From contig DGWW01000300.1 of assembly GCA_002395385.1 (NCBI GenBank), forward strand, positions 1 to 54,400: DNA of 54,400 nucleotides. The letters are read 5' to 3'. The notes under the pieces are model-generated. The model searched no databases. It was not told the DNA's origin and saw only the letters and a program-made list of their open reading frames with translations. Both the position numbers and the translations under genes were made by a program. This document shows positions 44,787 through 54,083 of this stretch, in pieces. This DNA comes from Myxococcales bacterium UBA4248 (GTDB taxonomy: Bacteria > Myxococcota_A > Bradymonadia > UBA4248). How positions within the stretch are numbered: position 1 is the stretch's first letter; each line of letters begins with the position of its first letter.

Positions 44787-46214
44787 ATGCTAAAAATCCG
44801 AAATTTCAAAGAAATACCTTACGAAGAGCTCGAAGCGCTCAACCTCGAAGCGAAAGCAGATGTTCAGAACCACGTCGCCGACGATGTCCTGCGCGAAAAA
44901 TACCTGCGTTACCTGCACGATGAAAAACAACTCAAAGCCGTGACGGTATGTTTTTCGGACCTCGAAGGCCGCTTCCACATGCTCGATTACGACAAGAAAT
45001 ACCTCGAGCAATCGTACGATGGGCTCACATTCGATGGCTCATCCATTCATGGTTTTTCGGCTCAACGCGAGTCAGACTTATGTCTCGAAATCGACTGGGG
45101 GTCGTTCCGCTGGCTGCCGAGCGATATCTTTGGCCCGGGCAAAGTCATGGTATTTGGCCTGATTCGCGATGTGAACAACCAACCCTATTCGGGCGATATC
45201 CGTGGCCTGCTCAAGCGCTATAACACCGAGTTGTTCAAGACAGGCTACGAATCCAAAATCGCCTTCGAAGTCGAAGGATTCCTTTTCAAAGGGATCGACG
45301 CCGAACAGAATTTCCAGGCCGATCATGGGTTTGATTATGTCTCGGATGGCGGTTATTTTCATACATTGCCCAACACGCCGCTCAAGCTCTTTATCGACCA
45401 CTTTGCCGAAGCACAGCGCGCATTGGGATTCGAAAACGAGAAAGACCACCCCGAAGTCGCCCCATCGCAGTTTGAACTCAATTTCCGTTGTGCCGAAGCG
45501 CTCACGGCCTGTGATGAAGTCCAAATCTACAAACTGCTTGCACGCCAGATTGCCAACATCAATGGCATGACCGCATCATTCCTGCCCAAGCCCATGATGA
45601 AAGTGAATGGATCGGGCATGCACGCCAACATGTCTATTTCTCACAATGGGCGCAATCTGATGTTCAATCCCGATGGGGCAGGACATTTGTCCGATTTCGG
45701 GTGGAAATGTGTCGATAAAATTCTCTATCATGCACGGGATTTCTGCCTGATTGCCAATAGTTCGGTCAATGCTTACCGCCGTCTCGACCCGAATTTCGAA
45801 GCACCCAACGCGATACGTGTTTCGACAAACGACCGCACAGCCATCATTCGCCTGCCCAAAGGCAACGAAAAGACTTCTCGCTTTGAGCTTCGAAGCGTCG
45901 GCCCCGACGCCAATCCCTACCTGCTCACATTTACACTGCTTCACCTAGCACTCGACGATCATCCTGCTATTGCCCCAGAAGACAGGAACAACGAAAAACA
46001 AAAGCTTCCGAGCAATATCTACGATGCCATTGCCGATTTCGAGAATTCGCAGGTGATGCATCAAATACTTGGCGAAGATAATCATGCGAAGTTTGCAAAC
46101 CTCAAGAGAATGGTGGCCAATCGTTCACCTAAAGATCTCGGCAATCGCATCAAACGTGGCGAAATCGTCTTCCACCACGAAGTGACCAATCAGTCGCTGT
46201 GGACCGATTTTTAA
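44787..46214 (+). CDS. glnA: Glutamine synthetase family protein (type I-like)
   Basis: FDGSSI, HPEVAPSQFE, FLPKP, NGSGMH, SVNAYRRL, RFELRS. Confidence 0.88.
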   Translation: MLKIRNFKEIPYEELEALNLEAKADVQNHVADDVLREKYLRYLHDEKQLKAVTVCFSDLEGRFHMLDYDKKYLEQSYDGLTFDGSSIHGFSAQRESDLCLEIDWGSFRWLPSDIFGPGKVMVFGLIRDVNNQPYSGDIRGLLKRYNTELFKTGYESKIAFEVEGFLFKGIDAEQNFQADHGFDYVSDGGYFHTLPNTPLKLFIDHFAEAQRALGFENEKDHPEVAPSQFELNFRCAEALTACDEVQIYKLLARQIANINGMTASFLPKPMMKVNGSGMHANMSISHNGRNLMFNPDGAGHLSDFGWKCVDKILYHARDFCLIANSSVNAYRRLDPNFEAPNAIRVSTNDRTAIIRLPKGNEKTSRFELRSVGPDANPYLLTFTLLHLALDDHPAIAPEDRNNEKQKLPSNIYDAIADFENSQVMHQILGEDNHAKFANLKRMVANRSPKDLGNRIKRGEIVFHHEVTNQSLWTDF

Positions 46215-46219
46215 AAACC

Positions 46220-46370
46220 GCTCGTCTATGCGCCGTTGGCGCATACGACTCGCCTTTTTCGGGCTATTTTCGACGACTGGCAAGGGGGCTTGCCTCCTTG
46301 CCAGTCACCGCAAATACGCCCTTTTGCGCGCGGCTATCGCAAGCGATACGCCACGCGGCGCTGTCGCGCA
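46220..46370 (-). repeat. Family H three-module element, inverted partner of 50624-50745
   Basis: Backbone matches the reverse complement of 50624-50745. Confidence 0.8.
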
Positions 46371-46400
46371 ACTGGATGCCCCCCAGCATCTCCCAGCATC

Positions 46401-46579
46401 TCGGCAGACCGTTTCCTGTGTGCGACAGCTTGCCAGCGCACGTCGGCAGACCGTTGACAACCTTCAACAGCTTGCCAGCGCACGTCGGCAGACCGTTGAC
46501 AACCTTCAACAGTTTGCCAGCGCACGTCGGCAGACCGTTGACAACCTTCAACAGCTTGCCAGCGCACGTCGGCAGACCG
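46401..46579. repeat. 42-bp tandem repeat, about 4.3 copies
   Basis: acagcttgccagcgcacgtcggcagaccgttgacaaccttca at 46425, 46467, 46509, 46551 (last partial). Confidence 0.92.
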
Positions 46580-46697
46580 ATGCCATCATTTACCACCTAA
46601 ATATCTGTCTCAAGCGGCTAATCCTGTCACACTTGGTTTTTAAATATGCTAAGATTCCAAAAGAGACACAAAGCCTCTAAATGGCAAAGGAAGGAAT

Positions 46698-49600
46698 ATG
46701 GTAACGAACATGCGATCGCACAGTCAGACATTGGAAGCCGTAAAAACTTTCATCGACCGTTGGAAAGGACGTGGTTACGAAAAAGGCGAAAGCCAGCAGT
46801 TTTGGACTGATCTTTTACATGACGTTTTGGGTGTCGAAACGCCCAGCGAAATCATTTCGTTCGAGAATCAGGTCAAGCTTGCCAACACCAGCTTTATCGA
46901 CGCCTATATCGCACCAACCAAAGTCCTGATTGAGCAGAAAGGTTTGAACATTGATCTGCGCAAGGCCATTAAACAAAGCGATGGTTCGTTGTTGTCGCCA
47001 TTTCAACAGGCCAAGCGCTATGCAGCAGAAATGGAGTATTCCAGACGCCCGCGTTGGGTGGTCACGTGCAATTTTAAATCGTTCCTCGTGTATGACATGG
47101 AAAAGCCGCATGATGAACCCGAGGAAATCTTATTGGAAGACCTCGAAAAAGATTATTATCGTCTGAGATTTCTGGTCGAAGATGGCAAAGCACATCTGCA
47201 GCGTGAACTCGAAATATCCATCAAAGCAGGTGAGCTGGTAGGGAAGCTCTATGATGCTTTTCTCGCGCAATATGGTGATGACGTATCCCCCGATGATTTG
47301 CATTCGTTGAACGTCCTCTGTGTCCGCCTCGTCTTCTGCCTCTATGCCGAAGACGCAGGCATATTCAGTAAAGATCAGTTCTATTATTATGTGGCGCAAT
47401 ACAAACCAAGCCAGATGCGCGTTGCTTTGCGAGAACTGTTTACAGTCCTTGATACAAAGATCGAAGATCGTGATCGTTTTCTCGATAAGAGTTTAAAAGA
47501 ATTCCCGTACGTCAATGGCTCATTGTTTCATCAGAATCCTGGCGAGGATATTCCGCAATTTGATGAAGCGATGTCGGAGTTATTGTTAAAAGAAGCCTCG
47601 CTCGGCTTTGACTGGTCTGAAATCTCCCCGACGATATTCGGTGCCGTATTCGAGAGCACGTTAAACCCCGAAACGCGCCGCAGTGGCGGCATGCACTACA
47701 CGAGCATCGAGAACATCCATAAGGTCATCGATCCGTTGTTCTTAAATGACCTCAATGCAGAATTCGAACAAATCAAGGAAGAAAAGCAGAATAATAAACG
47801 CAACCAGAAATTGGATGATTTCCAGAATAAGATTGCATCGCTCACATTTCTCGATCCCGCATGCGGGTCGGGAAATTTCCTGACAGAAACCTATCTGTCA
47901 TTGCGAAAATTAGAAAACGAAGTCATCAAGTTCAGGCATAAAGAACAAAGATTTCTGGGATTTGAAGATTTCAACCCGATTAAAGTCAGCATTCATCAGT
48001 TCTATGGTATCGAAATCAACGATTTTGCAGTGACTGTTGCCACAACAGCCATGTGGATTGCCGAAAGCCAGATGATGCATAAGACGGAACGCATCATCAA
48101 GATAGATTTGGACTACTTGCCGCTCAAGAGTTTTACCAATATACGGTTTGGAAATGCGTTGCGGATGGATTGGAATGGATTGCTTCCTGGGGAAGCGGCC
48201 GTCTCGGCCGCGGAAAACGACATCGCAGGCGAGACGCCTGCTTCCCCAGCACATTTTGATTACATCATGGGAAATCCGCCGTTTGTGGGCTACTCACTGC
48301 AAAGCAAAGAACAAAAAGACGATATTCTATCCATATATGTTGATGAAAACGGCAAGCCCTACAAAACCGCAGGAAAAATCGATTATGTCTCTGGCTGGTA
48401 TTTCAAAGCTGCTCAAATGATGCAGGGTACAAACACACAAACAGCATTCGTATCGACGAACTCTATTACTCAGGGCGAACAGGTCGCCGCCGTGTGGAAA
48501 CCGCTATATGACAGATTTGGTATTCATATCAATTTCGCGTACAGAACTTTTCGTTGGGATAGCGAAGCATCATTGAAAGCGCATGTGCATTGTGTGATTG
48601 TTGGATTTAATGCTGGTGAAGTAGGCGTCTCGCATGCAAAACAATACACGATATATGATAATGAACGTGCAATAAATGTGGATAGAATCAATCCATATTT
48701 GGTGAATGCAGATAATATTTGGATTGAATCAAGACAAATACCAATTAGCGCTGTCCCTATTCTGCAGAATGGTGGTAAACCAACTGAGGGTGGATTCTTA
48801 ATATTAACCAGAGAAGAAAAAATAGATTTATTAAAAAGTGACCCTTTAGCAGAATCTTTTATTCGTCCATATATGATGGGAAAAGATTTTATTGATAGAA
48901 AACCAAGGTATTGTTTATGGATGGTTGGGATAAATCCGGCAATAATCAACAAATGTCCAAATGTAAAAAAACGAATAGAGAATGTGAAAGACTATCGTCT
49001 TGCAAGTCCCAAAATCGCAACACAGAAAAAAGCAGAAACACCGATGTTATTTGACGAAGTTCGTGAGTGTACTACGGATTATGTTGCAATTCCAAAAGTC
49101 TCTTCTGAAAATAGAAGATATATTCCTATGGAATATCTATCACATGAAATTATACCAGGCGATAGTCTTTTTATGTTACAAAACGCTTCGCTCTACCACT
49201 TCGGCGTTCTCACCAGTAACGTCCACATGGCATGGATGCGGGCTGTGTGTGGTCGTCTAAAGAGCGATTATCGTTACTCCAAAGATATCGTATATAACAA
49301 CTTCCCATGGCCTGATGTTGTCATCCCTGGGGACGCAGGCGTTTCGCCTGCGGAAGATTCAGCGCGGGCGGGACGCCCGGTTTCCCAGGTTACTGCTGGG
49401 GACGCAGGCGTCTCGCCTGCGAATCAAAATACAAATACAGCATGGCATAGCCGTGGGTATCTTCCACATTGTGAATCAGAAAAACTCCAATCCATCACAT
49501 TTAGACTGTGTGATTCTGTCCCCAAAGATGTTATCATAAAATGGAAAGAGGAATGCAAACATGCATCAAAAATCGATAATACAGCAAAAGAGGTTCAGAT

Positions 49601-50555
49601 GAGAAAACTCATTGAACAATATGAGGATGCTGGTTTGGGAGAATGCTATCTAAAAGATGATAGAATTGCTGAATTGGTTCAAAATGCGCTTCTGCATTTT
49701 GACGGTGAACGTTATATACTTTTAAGATGGTGCATTATGCCTAATCACGTTCATGTTTTAGTAAAACTAGATGATTCGTATAGTTTGTCTGATGTAATGC
49801 ATTCATGGCGTTCTTATACATCGCATGAAGCGAATAAAATACTCAATCGGACCGGTCAATTTTGGATGGAGGAGTATTTTGATAGATATATCAGAGATGA
49901 AAAGCATCTGAACAATGTCATCGAATATATTGATAACAATCCGGTTAAAGCGGGTTTGGTTGAGAATCCTGAAGATTTCAAATGGTGTTCCGCGCGGGCG
50001 GGACGCCCGCTTCCCCAAGTAACTGCAGGGGCCGCATGCGTCTCGCCTGCGAATGATTCTGCGCGGGCGAGACGCCCGCTTCCACAAGTTACTGCTAGGG
50101 ACGCAGGCGTCTCGCCTGCGGATGATTCAGCGCGGGCGAGACGCCCGCTTCCACAAGTTACTGCTGGGGACGCAGGCGTCTCGCCTGCGGATGATTCAGC
50201 GCGGGCGGGACGCCCGCTTCCCCAGGAGAACACTTCCCACTACGAGCGCATCACGCGCACCGCCCAAGCCATCCTCGACGCACGTGCTCTCTACCCCGAC
50301 AGCTCTCTTGCCGACCTATACGACGACACATTCATGCCCCCAGAACTTCGCAAGGCACACCAGAACAACGACCGCGCAGTGATGGAGGCGTATGGCTTTG
50401 ACTGGCGCACCATGACCGAGAGCGAATGTGTGGCGGAGCTGTTCAAGTTGTACCAAAAGCTCGTGGATGCGGAGAATGCGAAAACCGCAGCCGAGACGGC
50501 TGTTTCCCCAGGGAGCAAGGCCAAACGCACGCGCAAGAAGAAAACGGAGGATTGA
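46698..50555 (+). CDS. MmeI-like Type IIL restriction-modification enzyme with in-frame RAYT transposase domain and translated REP arrays
   Basis: Nuclease FID..VLIEQK; FLDPACGSGNFL; GNPPF; TRD; YNNFPWP; C-terminal AQAILDAR..LADLYD..PPELRKAH; AAGGAAGG RBS. Confidence 0.9.
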   Translation: MVTNMRSHSQTLEAVKTFIDRWKGRGYEKGESQQFWTDLLHDVLGVETPSEIISFENQVKLANTSFIDAYIAPTKVLIEQKGLNIDLRKAIKQSDGSLLSPFQQAKRYAAEMEYSRRPRWVVTCNFKSFLVYDMEKPHDEPEEILLEDLEKDYYRLRFLVEDGKAHLQRELEISIKAGELVGKLYDAFLAQYGDDVSPDDLHSLNVLCVRLVFCLYAEDAGIFSKDQFYYYVAQYKPSQMRVALRELFTVLDTKIEDRDRFLDKSLKEFPYVNGSLFHQNPGEDIPQFDEAMSELLLKEASLGFDWSEISPTIFGAVFESTLNPETRRSGGMHYTSIENIHKVIDPLFLNDLNAEFEQIKEEKQNNKRNQKLDDFQNKIASLTFLDPACGSGNFLTETYLSLRKLENEVIKFRHKEQRFLGFEDFNPIKVSIHQFYGIEINDFAVTVATTAMWIAESQMMHKTERIIKIDLDYLPLKSFTNIRFGNALRMDWNGLLPGEAAVSAAENDIAGETPASPAHFDYIMGNPPFVGYSLQSKEQKDDILSIYVDENGKPYKTAGKIDYVSGWYFKAAQMMQGTNTQTAFVSTNSITQGEQVAAVWKPLYDRFGIHINFAYRTFRWDSEASLKAHVHCVIVGFNAGEVGVSHAKQYTIYDNERAINVDRINPYLVNADNIWIESRQIPISAVPILQNGGKPTEGGFLILTREEKIDLLKSDPLAESFIRPYMMGKDFIDRKPRYCLWMVGINPAIINKCPNVKKRIENVKDYRLASPKIATQKKAETPMLFDEVRECTTDYVAIPKVSSENRRYIPMEYLSHEIIPGDSLFMLQNASLYHFGVLTSNVHMAWMRAVCGRLKSDYRYSKDIVYNNFPWPDVVIPGDAGVSPAEDSARAGRPVSQVTAGDAGVSPANQNTNTAWHSRGYLPHCESEKLQSITFRLCDSVPKDVIIKWKEECKHASKIDNTAKEVQMRKLIEQYEDAGLGECYLKDDRIAELVQNALLHFDGERYILLRWCIMPNHVHVLVKLDDSYSLSDVMHSWRSYTSHEANKILNRTGQFWMEEYFDRYIRDEKHLNNVIEYIDNNPVKAGLVENPEDFKWCSARAGRPLPQVTAGAACVSPANDSARARRPLPQVTARDAGVSPADDSARARRPLPQVTAGDAGVSPADDSARAGRPLPQENTSHYERITRTAQAILDARALYPDSSLADLYDDTFMPPELRKAHQNNDRAVMEAYGFDWRTMTESECVAELFKLYQKLVDAENAKTAAETAVSPGSKAKRTRKKKTED
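48187..48249. repeat. In-frame REP doublet (63 bp) just before MTase motif IV
   Basis: ctggggaagcggccgtctcggccgcg...cgcaggcgagacgcctgcttccccag. Confidence 0.85.
49327..49421. repeat. Left REP array (three 26-bp REPs, 69-bp period)
   Basis: REPs at 49327, 49363 (inverted), 49396; consensus CTGGGGA(C/A)GCAGGCGTCTCGCCTGCG. Confidence 0.9.
49443..49991 (+). mobile_element. REP-associated tyrosine transposase (RAYT, Y1_Tnp/HUH) domain inside the RM ORF
   Basis: WHSRGYLPH, ITFRL.DS, WCIMPNHVH (HUH at 49746-49754), FW..EYFDRYIR, EYIDNNPVKAGL (Tyr at 49926). Confidence 0.9.
49993..50225. repeat. Right REP array (seven REPs, alternating orientation, 69-bp period)
   Basis: REPs at 49993, 50026, 50062, 50095, 50131, 50164, 50200. 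Confidence 0.9.
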
Positions 50556-50557
50556 AT

Positions 50558-50665
50558 ATGAACAGCAACGTAGAGCTTATGGACATTGGGATGAAGTATT
50601 TGATTGAACGGCTTTCGACAAAATGCGCAGCAGCGCCGCGTGGCGTATTGAGCATAGCGAAATAG
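50558..50665 (+). pseudogene. Truncated small ORF (MNSNVELMDIGMKYLIERL...) running into a family H element
   Basis: GGAGG RBS directly after the RM stop; about 20 protein-like codons, then repeat-derived sequence. Confidence 0.4.
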
Positions 50666-50745
50666 CCGCGCGCCAAAGGGCGTATCGGGCGACGCCCGAT
50701 AGCCACGCCAGCGAGCCGTATGCGCCAACAGCGCATAGGCGAAGC
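50624..50745 (+). repeat. Family H three-module element
   Basis: GGCGTAT..ATAGCC x2, then GAGCCGTATGCGC..GCGCATAGGCGAAGC. Confidence 0.8.
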
Positions 50746-50943
50746 AATATAAAAAAACACATAATATGATTTAAACCATCGCATGTTCATGCCACAGCGT
50801 TATACAGCCATGCATCCATGCAGTGCGGTTCTTGACTCACTCTCGCTATCCATCTAAAATAAGCAAAAGAAGGTGCCAGATAGCGCAAGTGGCAACGCTA
50901 GTTTATTCCATAGCCATTCAGAATTAAGAGGAGAAATATAAAC

Positions 50944-52530
50944 ATGAAACGTTCGCTGTTTTTCGTTTTACTGTCGGGACTGATGATTGCCGGATGTGGC
51001 GATGATAGCAAAGAGTCGACGACTCCGACAAATCAGGATACCCCGGCACCCCAGAAAGAATGCGAATCCGGTACAACAGACTGTGAAGGAACGACACTGC
51101 TCACATGCGGGATGGACGGACGGTATGTAAAAACACCGTGCAACGAAGGTCAGATTTGTGCCAAAGATGGTGATATCCATCGCTGCATGACTCAGGAAGA
51201 GCATGATGCACTGGACAAACCCGTTGTTACACACGATTGCGAAACGGATCAATCCAAATGCGTTGATGACGTGCGCTATACCTGCGATGCAGAATTCCAC
51301 TGGCTCGAAGCGGAGAATTGTGGAGACAGCGGAAAGAAGTGCAAACAAGATGGCAACACGGCTTCCTGTATTCAAAATGCCTGCGAACTCAATGCAAAAC
51401 AATGCAATGGAGAAACCCTTGAGGTCTGCGAAGAAGTCAGTGGCGAATTACAGTTTGTTCCGAAACCCTGCGAAACGGCCGGTCACATCTGTGTGACGGA
51501 TAAGGGAGAGGCCAAATGTGCACCCAAAACAGAGGAGCCCAAGTGCACCGACGGCGAAATCGACTGCGATGAAGACGGTAACAAACTGACCTGTACTTCT
51601 GGCAAGTGGTCGAAATCTCAATGCCCGAAAGATCAAAAATGTGTAAAAACCGGCGATCCCGCAGTCGCCGAATGTGTCGTCCCTCCGTGTTCAGGAGATC
51701 CGGAAAGCTGCGGTGAACCCCCGAAACCCGAAACCGGCAATGCATCCGTAAATATCTCCATTAAAAATAATAGTTCAACTGCAATAACCATTCTTCCGCA
51801 ATTCCGCTTCGTATTAAGTACCGAAGGCACGAGCTCTGAAGGCCCAAATATCCGAACAGAAAGGGCAACATTTGACAAAGCAGAATCCATCACCATCGAC
51901 AGTGGGGCTGCCAAATCCTATAATAATGTTGAAATTTCCGGCGACAGCAAACAATACATTGGTCAGCATTTTGCCAGCCAAACAGAACTGAACGGTTATG
52001 CAAACAATGTACTGCTCTACGATACAAAGGATGTGTCTGAAACGATTGTCCCCGAAATGATAGATCCTGCCACACTGTTCAAAGACGGCGCTACCTATGA
52101 AATCGTGTACAGTTCCGATAAACCAAAGCCGCCAGAACCCACCGGAAAGGATATTTATTTCAACCTGACGATCAAGAATTCAAGTGCATCATCGGTTGAC
52201 TTGAAGGGCGAGGTCTGCTTTGTACTTGCCAATCCCGACAAGGACGGCGTTTATTATGGATGGGAAGGCATCTATAACAGAACAGGGCATATCAAATTCA
52301 GTGCAGCTTTGACTCTAAAAGCCGGTGAATCGAAGACCTTCTCAAATGTATTTGCACCGGAAATGGGCGGCAGAAATCTACTCAACCCAGATTTGCTGAA
52401 ATCGACAGATTATAAAACCAATGTTTTGCTGTACGACCCCGAGGGTGTATCCGACACTATCATCCCAGAAAACATGAGCCCTGATATCATTTTTGAAAAT
52501 AACGGAAGTTATACTGTTACTATCCCCTAG
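50944..52530 (+). CDS. Cys-rich lipoprotein with two homologous C-terminal beta-rich domains
   Basis: GAGGAG RBS; lipobox IAGC; duplicated IKN.S...F.L...NVLLYD..VS.TI.PE domains. Confidence 0.8.
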   Translation: MKRSLFFVLLSGLMIAGCGDDSKESTTPTNQDTPAPQKECESGTTDCEGTTLLTCGMDGRYVKTPCNEGQICAKDGDIHRCMTQEEHDALDKPVVTHDCETDQSKCVDDVRYTCDAEFHWLEAENCGDSGKKCKQDGNTASCIQNACELNAKQCNGETLEVCEEVSGELQFVPKPCETAGHICVTDKGEAKCAPKTEEPKCTDGEIDCDEDGNKLTCTSGKWSKSQCPKDQKCVKTGDPAVAECVVPPCSGDPESCGEPPKPETGNASVNISIKNNSSTAITILPQFRFVLSTEGTSSEGPNIRTERATFDKAESITIDSGAAKSYNNVEISGDSKQYIGQHFASQTELNGYANNVLLYDTKDVSETIVPEMIDPATLFKDGATYEIVYSSDKPKPPEPTGKDIYFNLTIKNSSASSVDLKGEVCFVLANPDKDGVYYGWEGIYNRTGHIKFSAALTLKAGESKTFSNVFAPEMGGRNLLNPDLLKSTDYKTNVLLYDPEGVSDTIIPENMSPDIIFENNGSYTVTIP

Positions 52531-52539
52531 CTGGAGCGC

Positions 52540-52624
52540 GGCTATCTCGCTAAGCGACGTGCTGCTGCACGTCGCTTCTGCTCGATACGCCTTGCACGGT
52601 GCGCTATCTGCGATACGCGCACCG
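52540..52624. repeat. Family H element
   Basis: GGCTATC..(inner hairpin)..GATACGCC; CGGTGCGCTATC tgc GATACGCGCACCG. Confidence 0.7.
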
Positions 52625-52699
52625 ATTTTTTTTGCACCGATTCATACGACGGTAGCCCTGATATTTCTGCTGAAACCCCACTCCTGAGGTTATCTGTTT

Positions 52700-54007
52700 A
52701 TGCCAACCATTCCCTATCATATTGTTCGCATGGCCAAAGGCGGTCAAGGCATTTCGTATTACAATGAGAAGATCTTTTTCGTCGATGGCGCTTTGCCCGA
52801 AGAAACAGGCAAAGCAGAAGTCCTCTTCGAAAAAAGCAGATTCGGAAGATGCCGTGCCATTTCCTGCGATCATGTATCTTCGCTTCGTACTTTAAATAAC
52901 GGCTGCCCGATTGCTGACAAATGCGACAGCTGTGGGTTTCGCCATGTTAAGCCGGAATTTGCATTTAAACTCAAATGCGAAGCACTCTGCAGCGAAATCT
53001 TTAAAATCGCCCACATCGATCCGATCGAACCGACCTATTATCCTATTTCTGCCGCAGATGGATCGCTCGACGGCATGAGGCAGCGCGTCCGGTTGCATCT
53101 GACAAATGGTAAAATTGGCTATTTTGCTCGCGATTCGCACACCATTGTACCTGCCGAAGCATGTACAGTCATTGCACCAGCCCTGCAAAATATCATCCGT
53201 TTTTTAAATACCATCGAACCGTGGGATTCCGGTTTTTGCTGTGATTTGCAGATCGATATCGACGATTGCGACCGAGCTTTCCTGCATATCAAACCCGCTG
53301 AATTCGCCGCCAACAGACATGGCAAATATCACTTTTCAAAGCCCTCTGTCTGGTTGAACAAAATCATTAAATCGAATCTCTTTGCCGGTATTCGTTTTAA
53401 CAACGAATCTATTGCCGGCGAAGAGATGATCCGCGATACCGTTGACATTCCTGGACATCCGGACATTTGTTACTGGCGCCGCATCGGCGATTTTGCACAG
53501 GCAACCCGGCAAGGCAATGCACAACTGCACCAAATTGTGGCAGATTTTCTCATCCAAACGAAGCCCCATACCGTTGCCGACCTGTTCTCCGGGTCAGGCA
53601 ATCTCACATTCAGAGCTGCTCAGTTCGTTCCATCTGTACATGCATTCGAATTTTTCTGCGATCCCAAAGCTTTCGAAACCGGTGTCACATACAACCAAAA
53701 GAACTGGGGTGCAAATACACATGTCGAATTACATCTATGCGATCTCACCAAAGGATTGCCCCAAATGGCAGCAAATTGCGAAGCCGTGATCTGTGATCCA
53801 GCGCGCGAAGGCTTGTCCGAAAAAATGTGCCATGATCTCAAATCATCCAAGATTCAGCATATACTCTACATTTCCTGCGAAGCGACCAATCTCGCCCGCG
53901 ATCTTGCTCGCCTTAAAAATACATTCAACATCCGATCCCTCGGTTTTGTCGACATGTTTCCGCAAACACCGCACGTCGAGACTGTAGTTTTACTGTCACA
54001 TAATTGA
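52700..54007 (+). CDS. rlmD: 23S rRNA (uracil-5)-methyltransferase, RlmD/RumA family
   Basis: C.....CDSC Fe-S cysteines, FAQ, DLFSGSG, DPAREG, YISC, DMFPQTPHVE. Confidence 0.85.
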   Translation: MPTIPYHIVRMAKGGQGISYYNEKIFFVDGALPEETGKAEVLFEKSRFGRCRAISCDHVSSLRTLNNGCPIADKCDSCGFRHVKPEFAFKLKCEALCSEIFKIAHIDPIEPTYYPISAADGSLDGMRQRVRLHLTNGKIGYFARDSHTIVPAEACTVIAPALQNIIRFLNTIEPWDSGFCCDLQIDIDDCDRAFLHIKPAEFAANRHGKYHFSKPSVWLNKIIKSNLFAGIRFNNESIAGEEMIRDTVDIPGHPDICYWRRIGDFAQATRQGNAQLHQIVADFLIQTKPHTVADLFSGSGNLTFRAAQFVPSVHAFEFFCDPKAFETGVTYNQKNWGANTHVELHLCDLTKGLPQMAANCEAVICDPAREGLSEKMCHDLKSSKIQHILYISCEATNLARDLARLKNTFNIRSLGFVDMFPQTPHVETVVLLSHN

Positions 54008-54028
54008 GGGCCGAAAAAGCCCGGAAAT

Positions 54029-54083
54029 AAAGGATTTCTGCCACTCCGAAGGTAAACGGAACCGGTTGGCAGAAGTCCTTTTT
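54029..54083 (+). terminator. Long hairpin / terminator-like inverted repeat
   Basis: AAAGGATTTCTGCCA ... TGGCAGAAGTCCTTT followed by T's. Confidence 0.6.

Noticed and set aside
46401-46579. CRISPR array
   Set aside because: Units are contiguous and near-identical with no unique spacers; no cas genes in the window
46199-46680. Short ORFs over the H element and the 42-bp array
   Set aside because: Open frames arise from the repeat periodicity; no RBS or domain evidence
49443-49991. IS200/IS605 element
   Set aside because: No tnpB and no single LE/RE pair; RGYLPH and NPVKAGL motifs plus REP arrays indicate a RAYT
49327-50225. CRISPR array, intein or intron as the explanation of the RM insert
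   Set aside because: Repeats are alternating inverted palindromes with constant linkers; no intein splice residues (C/S...HN) or intron features; the insert encodes HUH/Y1 motifs
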